Virus record (IMG/VR): IMGVR_UViG_3300031555_003590
Location: 64,001 to 128,000 of that record
Source of the DNA: a virus
Taxonomy: Duplodnaviria > Caudoviricetes
DNA: 64,000 nt
Strand: one strand, 5' to 3'
Part shown: positions 10,373-21,125 of the stretch, in pieces
Position numbering within the stretch: the stretch's first letter is position 1
Layout of the letters: each line of letters begins with the position of its first letter
Position numbers and translations under genes: made by a program
The notes under the pieces: generated by a model
Seen by the model: only the letters and a program-made list of their open reading frames with translations
Database searches by the model: none
What the model was told of the DNA's origin: nothing

Positions 10373-11200
10373 ATGAGCCAATTAAAAATCAGAACAAATT
10401 GTGATTATTGTGGAAAGGAGCTTGATGTATATACTGATATTCCTGATGCTCCTGTAACAGAAATTACAAATTCTCAATTCCCCATTGTAAGAAGTCATAT
10501 TAAACCAATTGGAAATATTATGGTATATCGTATTTCTTCTGAACAAATTAAAGATTTCATTATTAATAAGGCACGTAAGTATGTACCTGATGTGCGTATG
10601 ACTATTGTGCCTCGTTATTGTGAAAAGAAACGTAAATCCAATAATGATCCACATCGTTCTTATGCTTCTCTTAGAATTGCATTTTCTGATAATGTAATTG
10701 AAAAGAAAGAAGATCTTGGATGGTATGGTAATATTGGTGATAATGGATCTAATGTTAAAATGCATCCTTCTATTATGAAGAAGCTAATTGATAAGTATAA
10801 GTATGATCGTAAACAGGTAGAAGCTTGGATGAAAAATTATAAAACTCTTGAGGAACTTGAAGACACTCTTGGTATGACTGAAGCATATATTAATGATCTA
10901 TATACTTATACTATTCCTCAGCGTGTAAAAGCTGATAATAATGAAAATTGGATTATCTTCGCTGCAGCTGCTGAGAATGTAATTGCTGATATGCTTAGTG
11001 AAAAAACTGCTGATGACGATGATCCTAATAAGCATGAAATTAATAAACCAATTGGTCGTATTCAAATTCAAGATGTATATCCTATTTCAAAGGATATTGT
11101 TGAATTTGTAGTTTATGTACATCCTGCGAAGATGAAGCTTCGTGAGAATCCTCATGTTCGTCAGATTCTTCTTGGTGAAGAAAAACCTAAGAAGAAGTAA
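10373..11200 (+). CDS. Hypothetical protein
   Basis: AGGAGG RBS, promoter motif at 10284-10293, N-terminal CxxC. Confidence 0.85.
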   Translation: MSQLKIRTNCDYCGKELDVYTDIPDAPVTEITNSQFPIVRSHIKPIGNIMVYRISSEQIKDFIINKARKYVPDVRMTIVPRYCEKKRKSNNDPHRSYASLRIAFSDNVIEKKEDLGWYGNIGDNGSNVKMHPSIMKKLIDKYKYDRKQVEAWMKNYKTLEELEDTLGMTEAYINDLYTYTIPQRVKADNNENWIIFAAAAENVIADMLSEKTADDDDPNKHEINKPIGRIQIQDVYPISKDIVEFVVYVHPAKMKLRENPHVRQILLGEEKPKKK

Positions 11201-11220
11201 TCACATTTAGTTAGTATTAA

Positions 11221-11281
11221 TCTTATGGAATATAAATATGCCGTATATCTATAACAATAATATACGGCATATTCCATAAGA
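11221..11281 (+). promoter_or_regulatory. Long bulged hairpin in the leader of the cold-shock gene
   Basis: TCTTATGGAA..TATGCCGTATA / TATACGGCATA TTCCATAAGA; no U-tract follows. Confidence 0.55.
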
Positions 11282-11317
11282 AATGCTTATATTTAAAATT
11301 TTAGGAGGAATCACACA

Positions 11318-11635
11318 ATGGCACAAGTAACTGGTAAAGTAAAATGGTATGACGTTCGCAAGGGGTATGGTTATATTTGCGATGAAAATGGCAATGATTA
11401 TTTTGCTCATTTTTCTGGTATTACTAAGGGTCGCAATTATACTTGTCTTCGAGACGGTGATGAGGTTACATTTGAAGTATCTGAAGGCAATAGAGGCCCT
11501 CAGGCAACTGATATTAAGATCACAACTCCTTTCAAGCCTTATGTAAAGAGGAATAATGCTCCTGCTCCTCAGGTTCCTCAGGCAACTGCACCTGTTGAGA
11601 CTGCATCTACTGAGACTACTGAAGTTACTGAATAA
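11318..11635 (+). CDS. Cold-shock domain protein with Pro/Ala/Thr-rich tail
   Basis: GKVKWY...KGYGYI (RNP1), YFAHFS (RNP2), GDEVTFEV..G.RGPQA. Confidence 0.92.
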   Translation: MAQVTGKVKWYDVRKGYGYICDENGNDYFAHFSGITKGRNYTCLRDGDEVTFEVSEGNRGPQATDIKITTPFKPYVKRNNAPAPQVPQATAPVETASTETTEVTE

Positions 11636-11646
11636 TAAAAAGTGAG

Positions 11647-11684
11647 AAATTATATGAGGGGATATATATCCCCTCATATAATTT
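11647..11684. terminator. Intrinsic terminator
   Basis: TTATATGAGGGGAT/ATCCCCTCATATAA stem. Confidence 0.8.
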
Positions 11685-11704
11685 TCATTTAAAGGAGATT
11701 ATAT

Positions 11705-11926
11705 ATGAAAAATGAACCAAAGAAAAGAAAAATGATGATAATATTTGAAGTACCAGAATCTCAAGAACTTAAAGTAGATGATGTGCCAATACTTACACAT
11801 ACTCGTATTATGAAATATCAACCAGATATTCTATATCATATGCCAGTTAAAATTATTGATTGTCCTCCTGAAATAGAAAATATTTTAAATGAAAAAGAAA
11901 TTAATTGGAAAGTAAATAATGATTAA
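11705..11926 (+). CDS. Hypothetical protein
   Basis: AAGGAG RBS, followed by a terminator. Confidence 0.75.
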   Translation: MKNEPKKRKMMIIFEVPESQELKVDDVPILTHTRIMKYQPDILYHMPVKIIDCPPEIENILNEKEINWKVNND

Positions 11927-11962
11927 AAATAATAGGCTGGAATTATCCAGCCTATTATTTTT
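11925..11962. terminator. Bidirectional intrinsic terminator
   Basis: AATAATAGGCTGGA/TCCAGCCTATTATT stem between convergent genes. Confidence 0.85.
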
Positions 11963-11966
11963 TTAT

Positions 11967-13295
11967 TTAATATAATAAAGCACGTTCATCATATCCAGAT
12001 TCAACTGGTTCAACAAAACTTAGATGATCTTTTAATGTAGGTACAATAAATTTATTAATACTTTCCCAAATAGGTTTAGTATCTTTTTCTTTATAAATAT
12101 CTTTAAGATTAAAAGTAAATGAATCATCACCTTTAAACTTCATTCTATTCTTATTACCTTCAATCAAACCTTTATCTCTACTATACATAATTATTGTACG
12201 TAAAGCATCAAATCCATTCTTATGCGAGAATACCATTTCAAATGAAACACCTTTACTATTATTACCAGATTGATTACTAGAACTTTTAATTGGTTCTACC
12301 ATAACCATATGTCCAGCAAAACCATCAGATTCTTCAGTAAAATCATCACCTGGTCTAGCAGTTAATTTAATAATATTAAATGGATAATATAACATGGTCT
12401 TTCCTCCAGGAATTGATTCATCTTGTTTCAAATAATTCTGCTGTTTAGCAACTGGAGTAAATGCATTCATACTCATATTACTATTAATATGATTAATTCC
12501 ATATACTATGATATTAGCTTCTTTACATAGCGGAAGAATATCTTTAAAAAATCCTTTTAATGTTTTAGCATCTCTAGCACCTTCAGTATTACTTCTCATC
12601 TTTTCTGCATCAGATGCTTCTTTAGTATTATTAGGATTAAAAGTTTCATTCAAAACTGTAGTAATAGAATCAATAATAATTACTGTTGGTTGAAATATTT
12701 TAATTTCTTCATTAAATTCATTCTTTAGACCGCTAGGAACTAACATTACATCTTTAAGTTTCATTTTACTTACATATGTTTTTACTATCATTTCTTGAAT
12801 AGCATCTAAACCTACAGATCCAGTTTTAATCATATATCTTTCTACGCCACCATCTTCATTACCAAAGAAATGAGCAGGAAGTCTAGTAATATTTTCACAT
12901 CTAGAAATATCAATTCTATTTTCACAATCATAATGAATTACGTTTGCATATGGAAATTGTCTAATAATGTTACCAGCTATCTGAATAGCTAACGTACTTT
13001 TACCCGATCCAGTATTTCCAATAATTAGATTAAATGTACCAGCAGCTTGACCAACTCTTGGTTCTTGTGAAATAATTTTTCCAGTTTTATCATGAATATT
13101 AATTACTGATCCAAAATAATAATCAAATAAATGGAAACCTGTTTTATGAAATGCTGTAGTTACATTAGTCTTGAACATATTCTTTTTATCATTTTCTCCT
13201 AATGCTACTAATAATGGATTAACTGTCTGCTTTCTATCTAATTCTTCAGATATTACATCTACTAAATCTACTTCTTGTTTCTTTTTTGTTGCCAT
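11967..13295 (-). CDS. RecA/UvsX-like recombinase
   Basis: Walker A GNTGSGKST, YDCE, Walker B IIIDS, INHI, PGGK. Confidence 0.85.
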   Translation of the reverse strand: MATKKKQEVDLVDVISEELDRKQTVNPLLVALGENDKKNMFKTNVTTAFHKTGFHLFDYYFGSVINIHDKTGKIISQEPRVGQAAGTFNLIIGNTGSGKSTLAIQIAGNIIRQFPYANVIHYDCENRIDISRCENITRLPAHFFGNEDGGVERYMIKTGSVGLDAIQEMIVKTYVSKMKLKDVMLVPSGLKNEFNEEIKIFQPTVIIIDSITTVLNETFNPNNTKEASDAEKMRSNTEGARDAKTLKGFFKDILPLCKEANIIVYGINHINSNMSMNAFTPVAKQQNYLKQDESIPGGKTMLYYPFNIIKLTARPGDDFTEESDGFAGHMVMVEPIKSSSNQSGNNSKGVSFEMVFSHKNGFDALRTIIMYSRDKGLIEGNKNRMKFKGDDSFTFNLKDIYKEKDTKPIWESINKFIVPTLKDHLSFVEPVESGYDERALLY

Positions 13296-13386
13296 AAATA
13301 AAAATCCTCCTTAAGTTGTATATTTAAAATATTAATCATTTATATTATCGAGTTCAGAATATATCATTTTACTATTAACTAAAAAT

Positions 13387-13413
13387 TATAGGGGACTATA
13401 ATAGTCCCCTATA
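13387..13413. terminator. Intrinsic terminator
   Basis: TATAGGGGACTAT/ATAGTCCCCTATA stem. Confidence 0.8.
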
Positions 13414-13417
13414 TAAA

Positions 13418-14464
13418 TTACACACTCGCTCTAGGTAAAAAATTATCAGTAATATATAATGAACACATTTTTTCTAATTTAATATTTCCCATATATCCAT
13501 ATTCATAAGGTTTTCCATTACGATTATATGTAGAAATATTATCAATTGATATATTAAATGGATGATTATATTTAATAATCTTATTATCTTCATCTAGATA
13601 ATATTCAATATGATCAATCATATAAGTAAATCCAGGATAACTATCATATTTACCAATAATTATAAGTTTACAATCATTTTCTTTACCAAGTGAATTATAT
13701 TCTATTTTTGATAATATTCCTACTGACCATAACATTTTTTGAAATTTATTTAATCTATATTCATTACCAATAATTCCGATTGTATTAGATTCAAATGCAT
13801 TTAATGAATAACTTGCATCAAATACACCACGAATAAATTGGATTCTATCTTTTAATGATGAATATGCATATTCATCAGGAATAATTGGTAAATTCATGTC
13901 TTTAGTAGTAATATAATTTTTTTGTTTACCAAGAAAATCTTTCCATTTAATTCTAGTATCTTTTGTTTTATTAATATATTTAAAATAAGCTTTATTGTTA
14001 CTAATATCCATATATTTGGTTGAATATTCAATTGAATATTTATTTTTCAAAACATCATTAATTCCTGTCATATTAATTGGAAGATTTATATATTCATCAT
14101 CATAATCTCCATACATTAAAAAGACTCCCATTACATATGGATCCGGATCAAGCATATTTATTATTTTATTTTTAAAATTGATTGGATATTGTTTAAGTGG
14201 TTCAATAGAATATTTATTAAATGATGTAACAGGTCTAAACGATGAACCTGTATAAATATAATCTTGCTCTCTCATAAAAATGAATCTACCATCATTATAT
14301 GTAATTTTATAAATTAAACTTTCTTTAGGTTGATAAACTTTTACAACATTAATCAATCTATTAGTCCTATATTCAATTATTTTGTCACCAGGATTAATAT
14401 TCATTAATTCTACAAATCCTTTGTCAGTTAAAATATTAATTGGATAATAATTACTGTTTGTCAT
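13418..14464 (-). CDS. Free-standing degenerate intein-like (Hint + LAGLIDADG) protein
   Basis: ILTDKGFVEL.NINPGDKI, IYKITYNDGR, PYVMGVFLMYGD, IPDEY, RIQFIRGVFDA, LWSVG, LYITDNF; no exteins, no Cys1, no terminal HN. Confidence 0.75.
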   Translation of the reverse strand: MTNSNYYPINILTDKGFVELMNINPGDKIIEYRTNRLINVVKVYQPKESLIYKITYNDGRFIFMREQDYIYTGSSFRPVTSFNKYSIEPLKQYPINFKNKIINMLDPDPYVMGVFLMYGDYDDEYINLPINMTGINDVLKNKYSIEYSTKYMDISNNKAYFKYINKTKDTRIKWKDFLGKQKNYITTKDMNLPIIPDEYAYSSLKDRIQFIRGVFDASYSLNAFESNTIGIIGNEYRLNKFQKMLWSVGILSKIEYNSLGKENDCKLIIIGKYDSYPGFTYMIDHIEYYLDEDNKIIKYNHPFNISIDNISTYNRNGKPYEYGYMGNIKLEKMCSLYITDNFLPRASV

Positions 14465-14588
14465 TTTTCAACCTCCATTATTAAATAATATCTTTATTTA
14501 ATATTTGTCAAATAATATTATCATTATATTATTTCAAACAAGCCTATTAATTACGGATAAATAACCTATTTAAAGGAGGAATTTTAAA

Positions 14589-15725
14589 ATGTCCAAAAAT
14601 GTAAATAATACTAGTGAAGAAGTACGTGCTTCGGTAGCTTCTATATATTCAGAACTGCTTTCGAAACGTAAACAAGAAAAAGAAGCTAAAGAAGAACAAA
14701 AACGTATTGAACGAGAACTTCGTCAACAAGAAAAAGAAGAAAAGAAATACAATGAAGATGGAACTAAATTAAGTAAGAAAGAAAGAAGAGAAGCTGAATT
14801 TGATAATTGGAAAGAAATTATTGTAGGTCTTACTAGTGATGATCTTGAATATTCTTCTAGCCCAAAAAAGAATAAAAAGAAATACAAGAAATGGATTGAT
14901 GATGAACAAGATACTCCTATTTTAACTGCTAAACCTAAGAAAAATAAGAAGAAAAATTATAATAAAGAATTTGCTCCTGAATTACAAATGTTAAAAACCA
15001 TTGTTGCTGATCAAAATAAATTTACTGCCGATTTGCAGAAAAGATTTAATATCATGGCTGGTCCTGCAACTAAAGATGCAATGCCTCCTAATAAAACAAT
15101 GGTAGAATTAGCTAGTGCTATTAATGCTGGTCGTTCTAATTCTCTTGGTGTATTAAAAGAAATTGGTAATCTAAAGAAAGTTATTGCTGAATTATATATT
15201 AAACAACGTAAAGAAGAATTGGATAAAGGTGCTGGCAGTTTATCTAATATGGATCTTGGTTTAATGGGATCCAATATTGCATCGAGTATATTCTCAGATG
15301 ATTTGATGGCTCCAATATCTCCTGTTCAAACTGTTCCTGGTAATACTAGTCCAACTTATATTAATGAAGTTCCTATTAATAATAGTCCTATGGTAGTACA
15401 AGGTACTACACAAGTTGTAAATAATAATCAAACTGTAACAACTTCTAATATTCCTCAGTTTCAAGAGTTTGATCCAAGTACATGGGATCCTGATGGAATT
15501 AATGTAAATCCTTCTGTTCAATATGAATCCATTCCACATCATATTGTAGTTGAAATGAATAAAGCTACTAATGATCTTAGATTTAAAGCAATTCATGATG
15601 AAACTGGTGAAGAACTTCCAGAATGTCCAGTTCCTACATATGATACTAGAAATTTAAAAATTAATGAAAAAGATTTAATTGCAAAAGGTCAATTTGATGA
15701 AACTTATAAACTTCAAGTAATTTAA
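14589..15725 (+). CDS. Hypothetical protein with charged coiled-coil N-terminus
   Basis: 378-aa ORF, AAGGAGG RBS. Confidence 0.85.
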   Translation: MSKNVNNTSEEVRASVASIYSELLSKRKQEKEAKEEQKRIERELRQQEKEEKKYNEDGTKLSKKERREAEFDNWKEIIVGLTSDDLEYSSSPKKNKKKYKKWIDDEQDTPILTAKPKKNKKKNYNKEFAPELQMLKTIVADQNKFTADLQKRFNIMAGPATKDAMPPNKTMVELASAINAGRSNSLGVLKEIGNLKKVIAELYIKQRKEELDKGAGSLSNMDLGLMGSNIASSIFSDDLMAPISPVQTVPGNTSPTYINEVPINNSPMVVQGTTQVVNNNQTVTTSNIPQFQEFDPSTWDPDGINVNPSVQYESIPHHIVVEMNKATNDLRFKAIHDETGEELPECPVPTYDTRNLKINEKDLIAKGQFDETYKLQVI

Positions 15726-15748
15726 TTTTAGAAAGGAGTGAAAATATT

Positions 15749-18700
15749 ATGTACTCGACAAATGAATCGAGACAAACAGATCCACTCCAGGATTTATTTT
15801 CTGATGTAAAATTAATTTTAGAATTTATGGAAATTAAAGATCAGAAACAAGCTACTGATAATGAAACTGAAGAAAGTAAAAATTTATCTGAAATGTGGAT
15901 GATGGCTAAAATGGAAACTGATACATATTCCACATATAGAAAATATTGGACAGTTTCTATGTTTAGAGATATTCTTCCAAATGCTACACAAAATAATATT
16001 AGATATTGGATGAATAATCCTGCTAACGTTCCATTAGACTTTCGTGATAATTTATTGAAATGCGGTAGAGAAGCTTTTCTTAATTCATATGAAGAAAAGA
16101 ATGATTATTATAGGATGCTAAATGGATTACCTCCTATAAATACTCCTAAGTCTGAATATATTTATTTATCTGAACCAATGAGGAATCAATTGCATGCTAG
16201 TGATTTACCATTACATGAATTATCTCCATTAATTCAGAATAACTTTATGGGTACAGATGAATATCAAGAAATTTTAACTAATAATCCAGATAAACTATAT
16301 CTAAAATATTTAGGTATGTATAAAATTGATACATTTGTAGCTCGTAGAGCAAAAGATTTTGAAATTATTAGGTATCCTTTAAATAGATCTGATATTAATC
16401 CTAATTTAGTAAATGTATTTGCTTCATTATATTCAGATTATCGCGAATATGTAATGACGACTTTATACAACAAACAATTTGAAGATTTATATGTAAATTA
16501 TCGGACTTTTATGGGAGTATTAATTACATCATTTACATTAATGCAGATATCTAATAAAGCATTAGAATTGGCTAATGGAAGAAAGTTTTTAGATGATTCT
16601 GCTTTACATATTATTTTATCAATGTATGGAATTCCTGATGATTTAGTAATGACTGATGAAGTTCGTCGAAATTTAGTAATAAATCTTCCTAAATTAGTTC
16701 TTACTAAAGGTATGAATGAAGTTTACTATACTCTAGTAGATATATTAGGATATAATGATATTAACTTTAGTAAACTTTTAATGATGAAAGGACAGCAGTT
16801 TGATAAAGAAAAAAATTATTTAACTGATCCATCTAATGTAGAACCATATTTTGTACAAGTTGGTTTATCAGATAATAATCCATATGAAACAATTAGTTCT
16901 GGTAATGTTCATATTTATACTTATAACGAAATAATAGCTGATGATCCTACATGGTGGGATTTACCAGATACACAAAAAATTCTAAAAGAAAGCAGTTATA
17001 CAATATCAGATTCTAAATATATTATGATGGAAGCAGTAATTCATCAAATCAAATATTTATTTGAATCAATTTATTTTCCTAGATTAATTTTAGATAATAA
17101 AGAATATACTGATAAATTCATGATTAATATTCCAGAAATATTTGGTACTGAATCTGTATCTATTTATGATTTAATGGTATTTATTATTTCTGCAACATGT
17201 ATGAATGGTGGATTAACTGGTAAAATTATTTCTAATGAACCTGGATTAATTGCAACTGCTGGATTTAACTTTGACATGGATTTTGATTCATTCACTGAAT
17301 ATATTGATAATAGTACATATCTTGATAAAGATAGAATCATGTCTTTTATTGAAGATTTAACTGTTAGAACACCAGCTGATATTAATCGTCTATTTAATGA
17401 TGTAATGTATCCAATGAGAGAATGGATTGAACGCAAAATTGCATATGCTAATACTCGTCAAGAATATATTGAATATGAAAATTTATATAGAGCAATTTTT
17501 ACATATGATATTAATACAAATCCATTTTTATCTGATTTTGAATTACCATTAGAAACCATTCGTAAAAAATATAATATTACTGAAGATGAAATGATTGCAT
17601 TTAAACATTTTTATCCTCATCTAATGAGTGGTGAAACAATTACTATTGATAAATATAATGCATCGACTAATATTACTAGATATAAATATCCATTTATTAC
17701 TAGAAATAATATAGTTGATTGGAATATTCATATTATAATTGATACACCTTATGGAGATGAGGATAGAGGATATTTATATTTTTATGATATTTTAAATTAT
17801 ACTGATCTTAGAGAATTAACTAATCCTGATGGTACTAGAGTATTTATGGATTATGAAGATTCAGAAACTGGTTGGGTAATTAATCAACAATCTGTTGATA
17901 AAGCTATTGAATTAATAGATAAATTAGACGATGAAATGTTAAATAATGCATTTTTTCAAATTTCAACTCCAATTCTAAATAGCAATGGTAAACAGTTTGA
18001 AGAAAATGAATTATTGCCAGCTACAATTAGATCAGGTATTTTTAAAAATATTTTAAAAGAAAAATTAACTATGGATATGCAAGGATTAGCAGTTCCTCCA
18101 AAAACTTATTTAGAATATTTATATCGTAAAAATGAAAAGTTATATAATCTTTTAACTAAAGATGATAGATTTAATCGTAATAAAGAAGCTTGGTTAAATG
18201 ACATATTAGCCATTGTTCTTGCAGTAGAAACTGAATTAAGCATTCATATGAAGTATCTTGAACAATCAGTAGTTGGATCAGAATTATTTTTTAAACCATT
18301 AATTACTATGATTAATAGATTTAAATCTACTATGGTAAATCTTTCTAAAGTAAGCATGAGTCATGTATTTGATGATAAAGTAGATGCTGGAGGCAATTCA
18401 GCTATGTTTAAATTATTTGATGAAATGGGATTTACTATTAGATTTACTATGTTTGCAAATAAGGATAGTGATTCTTCATTTGGGTTGTTTGATACTGAAC
18501 ATAAGTGTACTCATAACATTATATTGAAGGATAGATCTGAGTTATATAAAATGACTACTGGACATGGATTTGCTTCAGAGACTAGAAATATAACTATGGG
18601 TTCAATTAAAATGGTAGATGAAGTTAAATTTTATAAAAATGGAGAACCTTTAGATCCAGATGGACAATATTCTTCTTGGTATTCTGGTGAACCTGGTACA

Positions 18701-18823
18701 GGAAGATGGGACCAAGAAGATGATTTAATTATGAGATCTAGAATTGGTACTGCAAATGTAAAGAATCTACCAGTAGATTTTGAAGCATGGAAAGATTATG
18801 TTGAATCATATAATTTAATTTAA
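15749..18823 (+). CDS. Large putative virion structural protein
   Basis: 1024-aa ORF; YEEKNDYYRMLNGLP resembles a conserved phiKZ-like virion protein (from memory). Confidence 0.6.
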   Translation: MYSTNESRQTDPLQDLFSDVKLILEFMEIKDQKQATDNETEESKNLSEMWMMAKMETDTYSTYRKYWTVSMFRDILPNATQNNIRYWMNNPANVPLDFRDNLLKCGREAFLNSYEEKNDYYRMLNGLPPINTPKSEYIYLSEPMRNQLHASDLPLHELSPLIQNNFMGTDEYQEILTNNPDKLYLKYLGMYKIDTFVARRAKDFEIIRYPLNRSDINPNLVNVFASLYSDYREYVMTTLYNKQFEDLYVNYRTFMGVLITSFTLMQISNKALELANGRKFLDDSALHIILSMYGIPDDLVMTDEVRRNLVINLPKLVLTKGMNEVYYTLVDILGYNDINFSKLLMMKGQQFDKEKNYLTDPSNVEPYFVQVGLSDNNPYETISSGNVHIYTYNEIIADDPTWWDLPDTQKILKESSYTISDSKYIMMEAVIHQIKYLFESIYFPRLILDNKEYTDKFMINIPEIFGTESVSIYDLMVFIISATCMNGGLTGKIISNEPGLIATAGFNFDMDFDSFTEYIDNSTYLDKDRIMSFIEDLTVRTPADINRLFNDVMYPMREWIERKIAYANTRQEYIEYENLYRAIFTYDINTNPFLSDFELPLETIRKKYNITEDEMIAFKHFYPHLMSGETITIDKYNASTNITRYKYPFITRNNIVDWNIHIIIDTPYGDEDRGYLYFYDILNYTDLRELTNPDGTRVFMDYEDSETGWVINQQSVDKAIELIDKLDDEMLNNAFFQISTPILNSNGKQFEENELLPATIRSGIFKNILKEKLTMDMQGLAVPPKTYLEYLYRKNEKLYNLLTKDDRFNRNKEAWLNDILAIVLAVETELSIHMKYLEQSVVGSELFFKPLITMINRFKSTMVNLSKVSMSHVFDDKVDAGGNSAMFKLFDEMGFTIRFTMFANKDSDSSFGLFDTEHKCTHNIILKDRSELYKMTTGHGFASETRNITMGSIKMVDEVKFYKNGEPLDPDGQYSSWYSGEPGTGRWDQEDDLIMRSRIGTANVKNLPVDFEAWKDYVESYNLI

Positions 18824-18828
18824 TAAAA

Positions 18829-18860
18829 AATACAGAGCCCAAATATTTGGGCTCTGTATT
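18829..18860. terminator. Bidirectional intrinsic terminator
   Basis: AATACAGAGCCCAAA/TTTGGGCTCTGTATT. Confidence 0.85.
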
Positions 18861-18865
18861 AATTT

Positions 18866-19486
18866 CTATATTCTGGTTACAAGAGGTCTTTCTTGAAGTT
18901 TTAGAGAATCTGAAATTTTACCCCATAATACATATTGAAAATATTCAACAATACCTTCTTTAAATTTAATAACCTTTCCATTTTCTTCTGTCATAGAAGA
19001 AGGAATTTTAATTTTCTTATTCAATGTACTAGTGATAGAATTACTCCATACTGGATTTTTCTCATCTGGATAATACCATTTTGGTTCTCTTGTTGAAATA
19101 TAGAAATCAGGAATATATCCATACATTCTGGTAAATTGACCAGATGTTGGATCAACATACATAATTGTATTCATCATTGTTATTTTAGCCCATGTATGTT
19201 GTATAGACCATAAACAAGAATTCAAACGAGGAGAATGTTTCTGTTCACCATGAATAGATTTAAATTCAATTTTTATATTATTTTCTTTTGCATATTCTTT
19301 TAATTTGTTATTTAATAAATTAATAGCAATATCACATAAACCTTTATAATTTTCATTATCGCCATAAAATATATTATGTTTTCTAGATAAATCTTCTCTA
19401 ATATCTTTTACCATATAATATAAAATTCCTGCTACTTTTCCTTCAGTTTCATTTTTAAATGGCAATCCAATGCTGTCTGCTTTCAT
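18866..19486 (-). CDS. Transglutaminase/papain-like fold protein
   Basis: Cys-His-Asp in typical context: GLC, HTW, YVDPT. Confidence 0.55.
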   Translation of the reverse strand: MKADSIGLPFKNETEGKVAGILYYMVKDIREDLSRKHNIFYGDNENYKGLCDIAINLLNNKLKEYAKENNIKIEFKSIHGEQKHSPRLNSCLWSIQHTWAKITMMNTIMYVDPTSGQFTRMYGYIPDFYISTREPKWYYPDEKNPVWSNSITSTLNKKIKIPSSMTEENGKVIKFKEGIVEYFQYVLWGKISDSLKLQERPLVTRI

Positions 19487-19547
19487 TTTTATTTCCTCCT
19501 AATATAAATATAAAGTAATAGAGGATGGTTAAACCATCCTCTATTTA

Positions 19548-19724
19548 TTATTCAGTAAAATATTCAAGTTTTTGTTTCTTTTTAATATTACCATCTTCAG
19601 TAATTATTAATGTATTAGGATGTGGCTGTTCTTGTGGAATATAAATTCCAGTTTCATTAATATCATTTAAATCTTTAATGTACTTTAAATCATTATTCTC
19701 ATTTGGCTGAATCTTCATTCCCAT
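19548..19724 (-). CDS. Small hypothetical protein (58 aa, not in ORF track)
   Basis: AAGGAG RBS, MGMKIQPNENN..., followed by hairpin 19517-19545. Confidence 0.65.
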   Translation of the reverse strand: MGMKIQPNENNDLKYIKDLNDINETGIYIPQEQPHPNTLIITEDGNIKKKQKLEYFTE

Positions 19725-19878
19725 TAGTAAACAACTCCTTATCTTTTATAATTTTCTTTTTATTGACCTTTACTAAATGTGCATATCTTCCAGATTTTAT
19801 AATTCCCTTTCTAATATTCATAATTATTCTATCAAAATCTTCATCTTTGTATTGTTCATATCTATCAATACAATTCAT
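19699..19878 (-). CDS. Small hypothetical protein (59 aa, not in ORF track)
   Basis: AAGGAGGA RBS, promoter motif at 19914-19923, MNCIDRYEQY... Confidence 0.65.
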   Translation of the reverse strand: MNCIDRYEQYKDEDFDRIIMNIRKGIIKSGRYAHLVKVNKKKIIKDKELFTNGNEDSAK

Positions 19879-19984
19879 ATATAAAATCCTCCTTATATTA
19901 TTATTTCTATATTAGAATATATAATTTAGATTGAACTCGATGTTAATGAAATATTCTAATATAATAGAAAGGTGGATATATTTT

Positions 19985-21088
19985 ATGAATTCAATTTATA
20001 ATCTTTCGACAGTTGATGATATTATGTTGAAAAATATTGTTAATGATAAAGAATTTTTAGAATTTAGTAATAATATTTATCGGTTAGAAATGCTGGTTCA
20101 ATCATCTATGTTTATTGAAGCGGTAGAAGATACTACAATAAGTTTTGGTAATATGAAAAAGATTGCAAAGAAAAATACTCTTGATACTACAAGAGATATT
20201 GCAGGTGCATATGATAATATTACTGACGCTAATGCAAATGTAATTAAAGCCAGTTGGGATATATTTATGAGGGCATTGCAATTAGTTACAAGAGTTTCTA
20301 GTTATATTGTTAATAAAATTTCTAATATTCCTAAAATGATTCTAAAAGTTAGTGATAGAGCAATGGATATTCCTGGTGAAGTTAAAGCTAAGATTAGAGG
20401 AGATATTACTTTATATATTACTGCTAATGATATTGGTAATATTTATAATAAGCTTTTTATAAGAAGATTGACTGAATATATTACTCTAACTGCTGATCTT
20501 GCTAAAGGAGATTTTTTTGCTACATTTTTTAATCGTCGTAGAGAAAGTAATGAGATTAAATCTCTAGTATTTGGTAAAAATGATATGAAATTATGCAGAA
20601 AAATGGATGATGTATATAATCATTTAGAAAATATGGAATTTAAACCTAGTATTATTAGTATGAAAGATGATTCTATTGTAGAAGTTTATTTTGGAAATAG
20701 TAAATCAATTGATTTTACTGATATACATGGTAATCATCATAATTGTTCATATTATGATGCTCTTAATATTCTTATTAAAGATCTTGAAAGTAAAAAAGAG
20801 GAATTGAAATCTTTCCAAAAAGCTGTTGGAGAAAAATTACATAAATCAGAAACAAATCAAACTTATAATGATTTAAATAATGTTGATAAACATAGACTAA
20901 GTGTAACCATTAATCAGATATCTAAAGTAGTAACTATTATTGGTAACTTTGTAAAATATGTTACTACTGATATCAATACTCTAAACAATAGTATTGATAC
21001 TATTCTTCATAAGAAGAGTAACTTACCTAAGATAGATGGTAAGAAAGCTGCTTCTACTCCTGAAACTAAAATTAATACTAAATTGTAA
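19985..21088 (+). CDS. Putative internal head protein
   Basis: Helical protein with an early FIEA, resembling prohead-protease cleavage sites of phiKZ-like head proteins; start moved to ATG 19985 (AAGGTGG). Confidence 0.55.
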   Translation: MNSIYNLSTVDDIMLKNIVNDKEFLEFSNNIYRLEMLVQSSMFIEAVEDTTISFGNMKKIAKKNTLDTTRDIAGAYDNITDANANVIKASWDIFMRALQLVTRVSSYIVNKISNIPKMILKVSDRAMDIPGEVKAKIRGDITLYITANDIGNIYNKLFIRRLTEYITLTADLAKGDFFATFFNRRRESNEIKSLVFGKNDMKLCRKMDDVYNHLENMEFKPSIISMKDDSIVEVYFGNSKSIDFTDIHGNHHNCSYYDALNILIKDLESKKEELKSFQKAVGEKLHKSETNQTYNDLNNVDKHRLSVTINQISKVVTIIGNFVKYVTTDINTLNNSIDTILHKKSNLPKIDGKKAASTPETKINTKL

Positions 21089-21092
21089 AAAA

Positions 21093-21124
21093 GAAATGGG
21101 TGAGGAATATTCCTCACCCATTTC
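21093..21124. terminator. Bidirectional intrinsic terminator
   Basis: GAAATGGGTGAGGAA/TTCCTCACCCATTTC. Confidence 0.85.
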
Positions 21125-21125
21125 A

